From the IMG/VR virus record IMGVR_UViG_3300037010_001702, positions 1-64,000 of that record: a DNA stretch of 64,000 nucleotides; one strand, 5' to 3'. Positions 27,679-37,051 of this stretch are shown in pieces (the stretch's first letter is position 1; every line of letters starts with the position of its first letter). The translations under genes were made by a program, and so were the position numbers. The notes below the pieces were generated by a model. That model worked only from the letters and a program-made list of their open reading frames with translations. It did not search any database and had not been told where the DNA came from.

Positions 27679-27840
27679 ATGAAATCATTCACTGTAGAAC
27701 TAATCGAGGATGGTGATGATGTCATTCTGCCATTGCCTCAGGAAGTACTGAGCTCTCTTGACCTAAAAGAGGGAGATGCTGTAAACTGGTCTGTACAGGA
27801 AGACGGATCTGTAAAATTGACTAAAGTCATTGTTCCTTAA
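27679..27840 (+). CDS. AbrB/MazE/SpoVT-type DNA-binding protein (53 aa; below ORF-track cutoff)
   Basis: MKSFTVELIEDGDDVILPLPQEVLSSLDLKEGDAVNWSVQEDGSVKLTK. Confidence 0.7.
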   Translation: MKSFTVELIEDGDDVILPLPQEVLSSLDLKEGDAVNWSVQEDGSVKLTKVIVP

Positions 27841-27859
27841 ACAATACTTTTGGACAGAA

Positions 27860-27925
27860 TGTAACAATTGTTACACTTCTTTTGTAAATAACTGTGTTCA
27901 AAGCTCAGGTTATGGGGTATAATAA
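27860..27925 (+). promoter_or_regulatory. Early promoter cassette 2
   Basis: Perfect palindrome TGTAACAATTGTTACA, CAGGTT, GTATAAT. Confidence 0.8.
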
Positions 27926-27958
27926 CCTATCAGTTAATTAACTTAGAAAGTTTATCAG

Positions 27959-28924
27959 ATGTCCCATGTTGCTACTCTCTCCTTTCAGACCTCCACAAAC
28001 AAGTGGGTGGCCTCCTTCAACGGAAAGATTCTGGCTTCCTCTCCTAACAAGGACTATGTGATAGGTAATATCCGCTCCGGTCGTTGCACTAAAGCCGTAG
28101 CTGCGGGTGTAACTGAAGTTCGTGAGGTTGGCGAAGCTACTGTGAATGTTACAACTGGAAAGACCGAGAAGGTTGATCGTTTTTCGATCAATGAACGTTT
28201 CGACTTTATGACCGACTTTGTTAACATGGTTGCTGACCACACCTGTGCTTCAGTTATCGTAACTGGTGAAGGTGGTCTTGGAAAAACTTTCACAGTCAAC
28301 AAAGCCCTTCAAAATGCCGGTCTCCAAAATACTGCTGATCTGGTCGGGTTCGGATCTGACTCCCTTTTGAATCCTTCTGTGTCTGCGAAGATTTACTCAG
28401 TAGTCAAAGGCTACTCGACTGCTAAGGGTCTCTACCGCACTCTCTACGAAAACCGTAATCGTATTGTGATCTTCGATGACTGTGATTCTATTCTCCGTGA
28501 CCCTGTTGCCCTGAACCTTTTGAAAGGTGCTCTCGATTCCTATGATCGTCGCATCATTTCTTGGAATGCCGAGTCTTTCGGTGACGATGATCTTCCTCGC
28601 TCGTTTGAATTCACTGGTGGTGTGATCTTCATCTCGAATTTCCCACTCTACAAAATCGATCAAGCTATCCGGTCTCGTGCAATATGTGTTGATTTGTCCA
28701 TGACGACTGCTCAGAAGATTGAACGCATGGGAGCTATCATCAAGGGGGATGACTTCTTGCCTGAATACGAATTGAACACCAAGAAAATGGCTCTTGCTTT
28801 CCTCGACAAGATGAAAGATGAAGCCACGGATTTGAATCTGCGGACTTTGATTGCTGTTACGAAGGTTGCAGGTCGTGGAGATAACTGGGAACGGCGGGCA
28901 GAATACCTGTTGAATGCTGCATAA
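27959..28924 (+). CDS. AAA-family ATPase (intact paralogue of the split gene)
   Basis: TGEGGLGKT, IFDDCD, LLKGALDS, FEFTGGVIFISN, AIRSRA, NLR. Confidence 0.85.
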   Translation: MSHVATLSFQTSTNKWVASFNGKILASSPNKDYVIGNIRSGRCTKAVAAGVTEVREVGEATVNVTTGKTEKVDRFSINERFDFMTDFVNMVADHTCASVIVTGEGGLGKTFTVNKALQNAGLQNTADLVGFGSDSLLNPSVSAKIYSVVKGYSTAKGLYRTLYENRNRIVIFDDCDSILRDPVALNLLKGALDSYDRRIISWNAESFGDDDLPRSFEFTGGVIFISNFPLYKIDQAIRSRAICVDLSMTTAQKIERMGAIIKGDDFLPEYELNTKKMALAFLDKMKDEATDLNLRTLIAVTKVAGRGDNWERRAEYLLNAA

Positions 28925-29121
28925 TGAGACACTTTACAATCATGGCCGAGCATCTCGATGGCCGAGTTCGTCTCATGCATACCGACAAAGACTATCTTCT
29001 TGCAGAGGAAGATAGTGTCTATCTGCTCAATGAATTAGGAGATAGAATGCTCGAAGAGGGCTTGATTATCAGTTATCAGATTTTGGAACTTGTGGGTTCT
29101 CCAGTATCAAAGGTCGAATAA
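28924..29121 (+). CDS. Hypothetical protein
   Basis: Coupled ORF. Confidence 0.55.
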   Translation: MRHFTIMAEHLDGRVRLMHTDKDYLLAEEDSVYLLNELGDRMLEEGLIISYQILELVGSPVSKVE

Positions 29122-29202
29122 ATGTCATACAGTATTCCCAAGATCACAAATGCCTGAGCATGATGAAGCTTTGCAACAACTGGAAGAAGAGGATAACTGG
29201 TA

Positions 29203-29445
29203 ATGATTAAATCTGCAAACAAAGTTAGCGGGCATCTGTTGAGAACTTTTGGCCATGAAGGAGGGGGATATGTTTTTCGTGTTTATGGTCCTGATCATAC
29301 CTTTATTGACTATGATATTCATCATGTTGATCTTTGTGTTACCATCGAAGATGAAGATGCTTTCTTCTATAGTGGAGATGGTATTGACCGAATCGACCAC
29401 TCCCCGCAAACTCTTGGATTGAAAAAAGACTCAGCTTCTGATTAA
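29203..29445 (+). CDS. Hypothetical protein
   Basis: GAGGA RBS. Confidence 0.6.
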   Translation: MIKSANKVSGHLLRTFGHEGGGYVFRVYGPDHTFIDYDIHHVDLCVTIEDEDAFFYSGDGIDRIDHSPQTLGLKKDSASD

Positions 29446-29449
29446 AGAA

Positions 29450-29674
29450 TTGTTAGCTAAGGACAGAGCCCAAGACTACTGGTCAGTTGATGAAGCCCGA
29501 TTTATGGTTGAACACATTGGCCAGAATAAATTCTGTAAGCTGATCATTGAACGTCTTTGTGAAGAGTTTGATGCTGTAACTTGTGGTGATCATAATACTG
29601 ATGAGTTCGACGATGGCTATGATGCAGGTCTGGCCCAGGCTGCAAGTTCTGCTAGAGCATTGTTTGGTCTATAA
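29450..29674 (+). CDS. Hypothetical protein
   Basis: ORF in early operon. Confidence 0.5.
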   Translation: MLAKDRAQDYWSVDEARFMVEHIGQNKFCKLIIERLCEEFDAVTCGDHNTDEFDDGYDAGLAQAASSARALFGL

Positions 29675-29769
29675 TAGAACGAGCTAACAAAAATAGTTTG
29701 ATAAGATAAAGAATATGGAAGACATCAAGGTCTCCAGTGCAATCATAAATGTTAAGATAAAGATGAGGA

Positions 29770-30177
29770 ATGAAAATGAGCAAAGAACCGTATGCACCCT
29801 TCCTAACAGCAATGAAAAAGCTGGCTGAGGTGCAAGAACTTCTATCACATGGGCAAGCAACCATCTATGTGGAACAGATGGTGGGCGCCTATGAATACTT
29901 GATGAATCGTTTTGCGCCTTTTTGGCCTGGCGATACTGTGATGCTATTGAAGGCCCCAGATCCTATGCCGTCTGGATGGGTCAGCTGTTCGCACTATCTC
30001 AAGCCCGGGTCACTAGCTATAGTGAAGCACGTGTCGTGCGATGGAAAAGGCTTTCGGGTTGAAGTAGAATTTCTAGACGAGAGCTGGATCAATAGTGCTG
30101 GTGAAGTTATCCTCTTGGAGCAAGATCGTCGGCATACATTTAGCTTTAGTGATGTAAGTTTTGTGAAGGTACCATGA
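29770..30177 (+). CDS. Hypothetical protein
   Basis: GAGGA RBS. Confidence 0.6.
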   Translation: MKMSKEPYAPFLTAMKKLAEVQELLSHGQATIYVEQMVGAYEYLMNRFAPFWPGDTVMLLKAPDPMPSGWVSCSHYLKPGSLAIVKHVSCDGKGFRVEVEFLDESWINSAGEVILLEQDRRHTFSFSDVSFVKVP

Positions 30178-30371
30178 TGACCTTGGATGATTTGAAATTT
30201 ATCTTCAGTAAGCAGATCAAAGAAGGCACCACAAGCCTTTATTTTCTGCTAGTTGATGGTGCGCATAAAGTTGTAGAGCACCACCCTCTAGATAAGATTG
30301 AAGAGCTCATCCCAATGCTTGAGCACTTTGAACTCACACCGTTTGATCCTATGCCAAGGTTTGTAAAATGA
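30174..30371 (+). CDS. Hypothetical protein (resembles 12604..12840)
   Basis: LK..F..QI..G.T.L.F...ELIP.L. Confidence 0.6.
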   Translation: MMTLDDLKFIFSKQIKEGTTSLYFLLVDGAHKVVEHHPLDKIEELIPMLEHFELTPFDPMPRFVK

Positions 30372-30598
30372 CAGACGACTTTAGGGCTGGGGCCAAAGCC
30401 ATGTTCGACTATTTTCATTTTAGAGCCGCTAATAATTGGCACCCCAGAATGCAGGAACATTGCAATAAAGAAAATGCTCTAGTATTATCTTGGGCTAAAG
30501 ATGCATTAAGTGAAGTGTCACCTGAAGATGCTGATGAATGGGTGTCAATTGATCAAGCATACAAGGATGGTTTTGAAGCTGGAAAGAATTCAAAATGA
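30368..30598 (+). CDS. Hypothetical protein
   Basis: Coupled ORF. Confidence 0.6.
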   Translation: MTDDFRAGAKAMFDYFHFRAANNWHPRMQEHCNKENALVLSWAKDALSEVSPEDADEWVSIDQAYKDGFEAGKNSK

Positions 30599-30835
30599 GA
30601 AACAAATATTAACCCGTCTGCTCTGTTTGTCACAGGGCTGTTGCTGTTGGCGCAGACAAAACAAATATGTTTGATGGTAAATGGCTTACACGACACGGGG
30701 AGACCCGCGTTGTATTAAGCGTGACAAACCAACTCCTCCACCATATGTTCATACGCATGGGGACTACCACCAAATACAAGAAGAATTTACTAACACAGAA
30801 TTTGAAGATGCCATGGGTATCGGACGGGAACCATA

Positions 30836-31150
30836 ATGTCAATTTACAATCCAGATGTTTGGGTAGTGCTAGAATTCACAACTGAAAATGAAACTGTTCG
30901 CAAGGTATTTGCTGGATGGTATGGTGGTTTTGCTGGCTCTGATAGTTGGAAGCTCAGCTCAATGATCAACACCATATCTGAATTCCAAAATCACTACGAG
31001 TTCTTGTGCGAGAGCGGAAGCACCTACAAGTGTCATAAAAGTACTCAGAAGATGAGCATGTACATGATGACTGTATGCAGCTTTTGGCTCGAGGAAGCTA
31101 AAAAAGAGGGAGCCTTGAAAATCGAAGTCGTAGAAGGTAAATTGACCTAA
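30836..31150 (+). CDS. Conserved-looking phage hypothetical protein
   Basis: Y.PD.WVV...KVFAGWYGG..GSDSWKLSS...SGS.Y.CHK. Confidence 0.7.
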   Translation: MSIYNPDVWVVLEFTTENETVRKVFAGWYGGFAGSDSWKLSSMINTISEFQNHYEFLCESGSTYKCHKSTQKMSMYMMTVCSFWLEEAKKEGALKIEVVEGKLT

Positions 31151-31154
31151 ATCT

Positions 31155-31249
31155 TGTTACAAAGTTACAAGAATTGTTACACATTTTGGTTACAAAATAA
31201 CCTAAATAAGTGTGTACATTTAGCAGGTTGTAGTGTATAATTACTTATC
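31155..31249 (+). promoter_or_regulatory. Early promoter cassette 3
   Basis: 41 bp identical to cassette 1; TGTACA-N17-TATAAT. Confidence 0.8.
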
Positions 31250-31273
31250 TTTAACAAATGCAGAAAGTATTTT

Positions 31274-31435
31274 ATGTCCTCAATCTTTGTTTCTCGTAGT
31301 CCAGCTCCTCAAACCAAAGAACAAAAGAAGATTTCTTCCTTGGTCTTGAAGCCCAGTACTGCTGCTAAAAAGCGCATGTTGCCTGGTCCGGTTACTGTGC
31401 TTTACAAGAAGCCCGAAACCGAAGTCAAGGAGTAA
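31274..31435 (+). CDS. Small basic early protein (53 aa)
   Basis: MSSIFVSRSPAPQTKEQKK...; first ORF after the promoter. Confidence 0.55.
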   Translation: MSSIFVSRSPAPQTKEQKKISSLVLKPSTAAKKRMLPGPVTVLYKKPETEVKE

Positions 31436-31441
31436 ATCCAA

Positions 31442-31735
31442 ATGTCTTATGTCATCTTCAACACCGAAACTACCGAATTCTTTCGTGTGTGGCGCCAAGG
31501 TTATTGGCAAGATGCAAAGTATGCTGATGAAGGTGCCGCAAAGACTGCAATGACCAAGCTTACCAAGGCTGGCAAGATCGATCCTTCGAAGTTTTCCATC
31601 ATGGAAATGTCCGAGTTCAAGAAGATCGAGAAGACAGAAACGGTTTGCAGTTTGATGTCTGGTAAGCCAGTAGTTCAGTCTGTAAACACCCCTCTCTGCT
31701 GTGACCCTAGTTCAGAGACCTATTGGAGTATGTAA
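31442..31735 (+). CDS. Hypothetical early protein
   Basis: AAGGAG RBS; C-term NTPLCCDPSSETYWSM. Confidence 0.75.
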   Translation: MSYVIFNTETTEFFRVWRQGYWQDAKYADEGAAKTAMTKLTKAGKIDPSKFSIMEMSEFKKIEKTETVCSLMSGKPVVQSVNTPLCCDPSSETYWSM

Positions 31736-32053
31736 TGTCCACTTTCAATAACGAATATCTCCATTTTGTGGAAACTGTTTCTATTGTCCCTTGGGAAACC
31801 TTCGATGCTGACTATGCCGAATTTTTAATTGGTGGAGAACTATAATAAACTTCAAACGAAAACTTACCATTGTGAAAACAGCAGTTTCTCAATCAAGCGA
31901 TTGCTGAGGTGGAAAATGGCATGAATATTACGTCAATACTAAGATTGAAGCTGCAATTCTCACCTTGAATCTGAATGCTAGTTCTATGCGTGTCCGCTTC
32001 CCTTGGATGGGGAAGGTAGAAACCCGAGACATCTTGATGACAGCAGACATGAA

Positions 32054-32124
32054 TGTTACACTTTGTTACACTTAAACTGCAAAACTGTGTACATTTTGTC
32101 AGGTTTAGTGTATAATTACTTATC
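32054..32124 (+). promoter_or_regulatory. Early promoter cassette 4
   Basis: TGTTACACTT x2, TGTGTACA, CAGGTT, GTATAATTACTTATC. Confidence 0.8.
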
Positions 32125-32149
32125 GATTGATTAACTTAGAAAGTTTAAA

Positions 32150-32611
32150 ATGCTGAAACAAATCGCTGAAATCACTGGTCTCCGTTACAATGAACAAGAC
32201 ACTATCGCAATGGGGCTCCTGAACCGCATTGCTAACTACATCCCAGCAAACGTGAAGGCTGATGACAAGTACTTCGCTCGCATGGTTGCTATGGCCGAAG
32301 ATCGAGTTAATGCTGAAGGCAATCTCTGCATTGTGAGCCTTGTCAAGGCAATTACTGCTGAACCTATTGAGAAGGTTCTGAAAATCAAGTCTAGCCCTAA
32401 GGGTGCTCGCATCAAGGTTGCTGCAGTCAATGGAGTTCGCTTCAGCTTCGGTCCAATCTGGAATGCTTCGGTTATCAAGGGTAAGGGTATCGCATTGGTT
32501 GAAGCCAACCGTGTGAAGCTCAACCACCAAGCTGAAATGCTGGGTATCGCAGCTCCCGAAAAGATGGAAGCTGTTGCTCTCACCGCTGCTATTGCTACCC
32601 TGATTGCTTAA
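32150..32611 (+). CDS. Hypothetical early protein
   Basis: First ORF after the promoter, biased codon use. Confidence 0.75.
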   Translation: MLKQIAEITGLRYNEQDTIAMGLLNRIANYIPANVKADDKYFARMVAMAEDRVNAEGNLCIVSLVKAITAEPIEKVLKIKSSPKGARIKVAAVNGVRFSFGPIWNASVIKGKGIALVEANRVKLNHQAEMLGIAAPEKMEAVALTAAIATLIA

Positions 32612-32727
32612 GGAAAGAAAATCACGCAGGCATTTACTATTGATGGTTTTGAAGTTCTCAGTTCTGATGGTGACTGCATGACGATTAGCTGGTAAGTAAA
32701 TAGTTTAACGCATCAAAGGAAAATATC

Positions 32728-32901
32728 ATGGGCGGAAAAGCAACATCGATTTATCTGACCGTTTGCCCTAAGGGCAGCCACATCAGTGTTTTCAAGAAGG
32801 TCTTCTTTGAAGCCAAGGCATACAACGAGTTTGTGAGGGATCCAGCCTTCATTGAGAAGTATCCTAAGGACCGGTTTGACGTCATCAAAGAGACCTACTG
32901 A
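32728..32901 (+). CDS. Small hypothetical protein (57 aa)
   Basis: MGGKATSIYLTV...KKVFFEAKAYNEFV...KYP...IKETY; AAGGA RBS; TAAATA at 32697. Confidence 0.65.
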   Translation: MGGKATSIYLTVCPKGSHISVFKKVFFEAKAYNEFVRDPAFIEKYPKDRFDVIKETY

Positions 32902-33112
32902 CATGTCCGCCTTTGAACTACTTGATGCAGTAGAGACCCAGATTATCCGTCTGGGTGAGCTGCGTAATCTTTACAATGTGATAGTAAATGGCATGCCTAC
33001 CTCTAATGCTACTGAATTGCTAGTTCAATTCGGTATATCCAGGGGTCTCTTGAAGATATAAGTTTGCGGCTTTCTGCAGACTTCCAAATACTGCGTGAAG
33101 CTATAATGACAA

Positions 33113-33346
33113 ATGATAACACTGACTGAAATACTTGAAAGCATCAACGTACATAGACAGAAACGCATTGAGCGAAGAGCTAAAGAGCTGATTAGCGACG
33201 ATTTGGTTTTTCGGCTTCGCAAGCGAGCAGAAATTCGCAGACAGATTTCTACACGTAAGAGCGTGCAAGAAGGTAAGCCTGATCGTATTGCTGATCTTCT
33301 TGAAGAAGCTGCAAATGAAATAGAACGATTGAGAAATGGCAAATAA
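33113..33346 (+). CDS. Hypothetical protein
   Basis: DLVFRLRKRAEIRRQI..RKSVQEGKPDRIADLLEEAA.EI. Confidence 0.65.
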   Translation: MITLTEILESINVHRQKRIERRAKELISDDLVFRLRKRAEIRRQISTRKSVQEGKPDRIADLLEEAANEIERLRNGK

Positions 33347-33920
33347 GTTTTTTACATCTGACCTCCACTGGGGTCATGAACGTATTATCGGATATTGCAA
33401 CCGACCGTACCAGTCTGCTCGCCAAATGGACGAAGCGTTGATTTACAACTGGAACCTTGCAGTCAAGCCTGATGACATCATCTACATTTTGGGGGATGTC
33501 TTCTTCTGCAATCAAGAAGAAGCAAAGACTATCCTCAATCGTCTAAATGGTAAAAAGAGATTAGTCTATGGAAACCATGACAAGGTTATTCGTAATCAAA
33601 AACCTATTCAGGATCTATTCGAGGAAATTCTTCCTGAACTTTACACTGAGCACATTGACGGTATTATGGTTCATATGTGCCATTACCCAATGCATTCCTG
33701 GAACAAAGCTTTTCACGGTTCCTATATGCTTCATGGTCATGTGCATAGTCCTCAACCTATAGATGGCAAAGTCCGTCGATATGATGTAGGTGTTGATGCT
33801 AACCATTATGCACCAGTTAGGTGGGAAACAATTAAGAAGACGCTCGATAGTATCCCTGCTGGAGAACCTGATAATATTCGTTCAAACCGCAAAACAGAAA
33901 ACGAGAAGAAAGAACTATGA
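33336..33920 (+). CDS. Calcineurin-like metallophosphoesterase
   Basis: SDLHWGH, LGDV, GNHD, HYP, HGHVH, DVGVD. Confidence 0.9.
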   Translation: MANKFFTSDLHWGHERIIGYCNRPYQSARQMDEALIYNWNLAVKPDDIIYILGDVFFCNQEEAKTILNRLNGKKRLVYGNHDKVIRNQKPIQDLFEEILPELYTEHIDGIMVHMCHYPMHSWNKAFHGSYMLHGHVHSPQPIDGKVRRYDVGVDANHYAPVRWETIKKTLDSIPAGEPDNIRSNRKTENEKKEL

Positions 33921-34345
33921 CAAACTTCACGTGCGAGCTTGCCTGCACACTTGAATTGAAGCCAGATTTTAAAGCTGCAGGCGTTATCCTGCACTCAGTT
34001 AAATCTAATCGTTATCTATTCGTGCAGCGTGGTAATCGTGTTATGCAGCCCCGAACCTGGGCAGGCTTCGGTGGTGAGATTGATCCGGGTGAAACAGCTG
34101 AAGAAGCAGTTATTCGCGAGCTCAAAGAAGAAGCTGGATATTCAAATGCTGTTAAGCTAAAGAAAGTTTTCACTTTCAACAATGGTAAGTTTACCTACAC
34201 TAACTATATTGGCGATGTGTGGGATGAATTTGAACCTACACTCAACTGGGAAAATATTGATTACATTTGGTGCAATGCTAACGATCTTCCATCACCTCTT
34301 CACCCGGGTATTATTGACATGTTAAAAGTGGTCAAATTGAGTTGA
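33917..34345 (+). CDS. Nudix hydrolase
   Basis: GGEIDPGETAEEAVIRELKEEAG Nudix box; LHPG. Confidence 0.9.
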   Translation: MTNFTCELACTLELKPDFKAAGVILHSVKSNRYLFVQRGNRVMQPRTWAGFGGEIDPGETAEEAVIRELKEEAGYSNAVKLKKVFTFNNGKFTYTNYIGDVWDEFEPTLNWENIDYIWCNANDLPSPLHPGIIDMLKVVKLS

Positions 34346-35026
34346 TAATGGTTGGTATGCAGTAGCTTGTTGTTTAACGTCAAGCGCTGCTCTATCTTCC
34401 CGTGATAACTTCTTCCATTCCTTATTTGGAATGTTCTAGCCTTTCTAGGGGAAGGCCATCCAATAACTGCCCTTCTTCATCTTCCCATCAGGGTTAGTGA
34501 TAGCCCTTGTCCCAAATCGCTGCATGCCCATAGCAGTCTCTTCACCCTCCGGCGTTTGTCATACTATACGGTTAGTGTGGCCTTCCTTGTCAGTATAAGT
34601 AGCTAATATCTTTCTTGGAGGTATTGATCCTTTGCTTGCACCAGGAGACTTCCATAATTCACCCGGCTTATTATGAGTGCCATCGAACTCAGGGTTAATT
34701 TTGAATTTAATCACTGGTGTGGCAAGTGGGCATCAGCTTCTACATACTTCCTGATTTGCTGTAAATCTTCAGACCTGTCAGCTTGAGTAGCTAATTTCAA
34801 GAATACAAGTGGAGCTGTATAGGCCACAAAACCTTCATATACTACATTCAGCCCCATAGGAGTAGATGCAGTGACCTGCTTCTTTGTAAGCATTAATAAT
34901 GTCAGAACACTATGCTTTCAAAATGGTAGCCAGGCCTTCAACCTTACTAACCTTAGTGACTTCTTTATCTTTAGGGTCAGCCAGGTTATGGATTGCACGA
35001 GGGCAGAATAGTTCAAAAACTTTCAC
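34340..35026 (-). pseudogene. Degenerate minus-strand gene remnant(s) with leader
   Basis: GTG at 35026: MKVFELF...ILKA*CSDIINAYKEAGHCIY; downstream frames broken by frameshifts and TGA/TAG. Confidence 0.45.
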
Positions 35027-35122
35027 GTGTAACACTTTTCTCGAGTATTTGACAAACTTATTTGTAAAATCTTTTTGCAACCTGGCAAAAAGTACGCAGG
35101 TTGCAGTGTATAATTACTTATC
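35027..35122 (+). promoter_or_regulatory. Early promoter cassette 5
   Basis: CAACCTG...CAGGTTG dyad; GTGTATAATTACTTATC. Confidence 0.7.
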
Positions 35123-35277
35123 AGTTGATTATAATAGAAATTAAAAATGGATGTTGAAATAGTTATGGAAGAAGTTAAAATGCCAATTAAGGAAAATCTT
35201 TCCTCGCATACATACATTGACATTGATGGCGAATTTATCCGCCAAACCAGTGTAATCGAATTTCAAGTAGAGTAAAA

Positions 35278-35484
35278 ATGGCCGTTCAACTCGATAATCT
35301 TACCGATGAGCAGTGCAAGATTGCCAGCATTCTTTGGGCGTGCGAGACACAAGAAGAAGCAGATGAAGTAGTTGAAAAGGGAGGCATTGAGTTTGCTAAA
35401 ATTCGTTCCCTCTTAATTGCGGCTGCCTTTGATGACATAGAACATATTAGGGATGCACAAGCATTAGTTGAGAGAATAAAATGA
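35278..35484 (+). CDS. Hypothetical protein
   Basis: ORF in early operon. Confidence 0.6.
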   Translation: MAVQLDNLTDEQCKIASILWACETQEEADEVVEKGGIEFAKIRSLLIAAAFDDIEHIRDAQALVERIK

Positions 35485-35720
35485 CGAATGACGAGCTTCG
35501 AAAAATCTTTGACTTGAAGCCTTGCCCAAACCCCGGTCATGAATTCAAGTTCGGAAGATTGATGGGTGAATGGCGGCGGGCTGCAGATTGCTGGTCTCAG
35601 CTAGTTGGCGATAAACTTCAGACTTTGTGGTTCTCAATTCACACTACCAAATCAACCGATAATCTGACCATTTACTGCTTAACAGTTTGGAAGCTGAAAG
35701 TTATAGTAGGGGTAGTATGA
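35481..35720 (+). CDS. Hypothetical protein
   Basis: Coupled ORF. Confidence 0.55.
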   Translation: MTNDELRKIFDLKPCPNPGHEFKFGRLMGEWRRAADCWSQLVGDKLQTLWFSIHTTKSTDNLTIYCLTVWKLKVIVGVV

Positions 35721-35935
35721 TGAAGCGCGGTTTCTTCTGGTCCAAGACTAAAGGCCTCAATGCCGACATCGCTCGTCATCGCATAAAAGAAAAAGAACTC
35801 CGTGAAAAGATTGCAGAACTTGAAAAAGAAGTTCTAACTGACCCTGGAATGGACACTTATTTACAGGCCTATCGTTCTCTTCTCATCAAGCTCCAAGATA
35901 GCAAGGCAGAAGTTGTTTCGAGGATTGGACAATGA
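35717..35935 (+). CDS. Hypothetical coiled-coil protein
   Basis: MMKRGFFWSKTKGL...; start reassigned. Confidence 0.6.
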   Translation: MMKRGFFWSKTKGLNADIARHRIKEKELREKIAELEKEVLTDPGMDTYLQAYRSLLIKLQDSKAEVVSRIGQ

Positions 35936-36738
35936 AAATTCGTATCGCATCTGATCTGCATCTTGAAGCCTTTCGCGGGTGCAACATGGAGTCTTTAATT
36001 GTTGATGTTCTTCCATCTGACCCACAAGATGCAGAATCAGTACTCATTTTGGCAGGTGACATCTCTGCCGATCCTAACCAGCTGCTGGATTTTCTGCGAT
36101 TGGTTGAGGTTCGATTCCGCCAAGTCATCTATATTCCGGGTAACCATGAATATTACCGACATGAGTATCATGCTTGGAACAAAACCCTGGATGATCGCTT
36201 TACTGAGGTTCTGACTCGAACTCAATGGGCGAATGATAGGGTCGGCTTCTACATCCTTGAAGGGCAACCTTTCATCTTCGCAACCATGTGGACCGAGGGT
36301 GGGCGTACTCTACAAGAACGTGCGATGGTTGGTTCTGCAATGAATGACTTCCGTTTGATTCGCCACGGACAAAGTCCCTTCACCGTTAGTCTGATGGAGA
36401 TGTACCACAAGCGACAGAAGAAAGAGATTGTTCGGCTGCTGACGGAATGGAAGGGTGGAGTTCGGCCCGTTGTGATTACCCATCACATGCCCAGCTATTC
36501 GCTGTGTCATCCACGATTTGGAAACCATATTAATGGTGGCTTTGCAGCAGAATGCGATGACATTTTGCACGAGGATTATGCACCCCCAATCTGGATCTAT
36601 GGTCATACGCATGACTGCGGAGATACTGTGATTGAGAAGACACGTGCTATTGCTAACCCGATGGGATATCCTCGCGAATTTGGTCCTAACTCTCAATACA
36701 ATAAGTACAAAAAAGGTCCATTCTTTGTAGAAGTGTAA
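35932..36738 (+). CDS. Metallophosphoesterase
   Basis: SDLHLE, LAGDI, PGNHEYY, THHMP, YGHTH, ANP.GY. Confidence 0.9.
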   Translation: MKIRIASDLHLEAFRGCNMESLIVDVLPSDPQDAESVLILAGDISADPNQLLDFLRLVEVRFRQVIYIPGNHEYYRHEYHAWNKTLDDRFTEVLTRTQWANDRVGFYILEGQPFIFATMWTEGGRTLQERAMVGSAMNDFRLIRHGQSPFTVSLMEMYHKRQKKEIVRLLTEWKGGVRPVVITHHMPSYSLCHPRFGNHINGGFAAECDDILHEDYAPPIWIYGHTHDCGDTVIEKTRAIANPMGYPREFGPNSQYNKYKKGPFFVEV

Positions 36739-36797
36739 CAAGTTACACTTCTTTTGCAAATAACTGTGTACTTTTGCCAGGTTGCAGTGTATAATAA
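36731..36797 (+). promoter_or_regulatory. Early promoter cassette 6
   Basis: AAGTGTAAC-AA-GTTACACTT dyad; TGTACT-N17-TATAAT; CAGGTT. Confidence 0.8.
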
Positions 36798-36825
36798 ATC
36801 ATAAATTGATGATACTGAGGAATAA

Positions 36826-37038
36826 ATGATCTACGATTCAAGTAAGAACTACCTAGATGGATGGGTCACTCTTATCTTCGATGGTAATGATCCTACCCTC
36901 TTTGAAGTTGTCGAATATGTTCAAAAGAACTACGGCTTCATCCCAAAGAGTGATGGCATTGAAAGTCCTTGTGAAGGTTTCGGTGGTTTCCCCAATCCTG
37001 GTATCGTAAAAGCCCATCCACTTGAAGGAAGATTCTGA
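36826..37038 (+). CDS. Hypothetical early protein
   Basis: GAGGA RBS, after promoter. Confidence 0.6.
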   Translation: MIYDSSKNYLDGWVTLIFDGNDPTLFEVVEYVQKNYGFIPKSDGIESPCEGFGGFPNPGIVKAHPLEGRF

Positions 37039-37051
37039 TGAAAAAGGTGAA

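Noticed and set aside
25927-36797. CRISPR array or replication iterons from the GTTACA repeats
   Set aside because: The copies are kilobases apart, degenerate, and each is tied to a -10 box before a gene.
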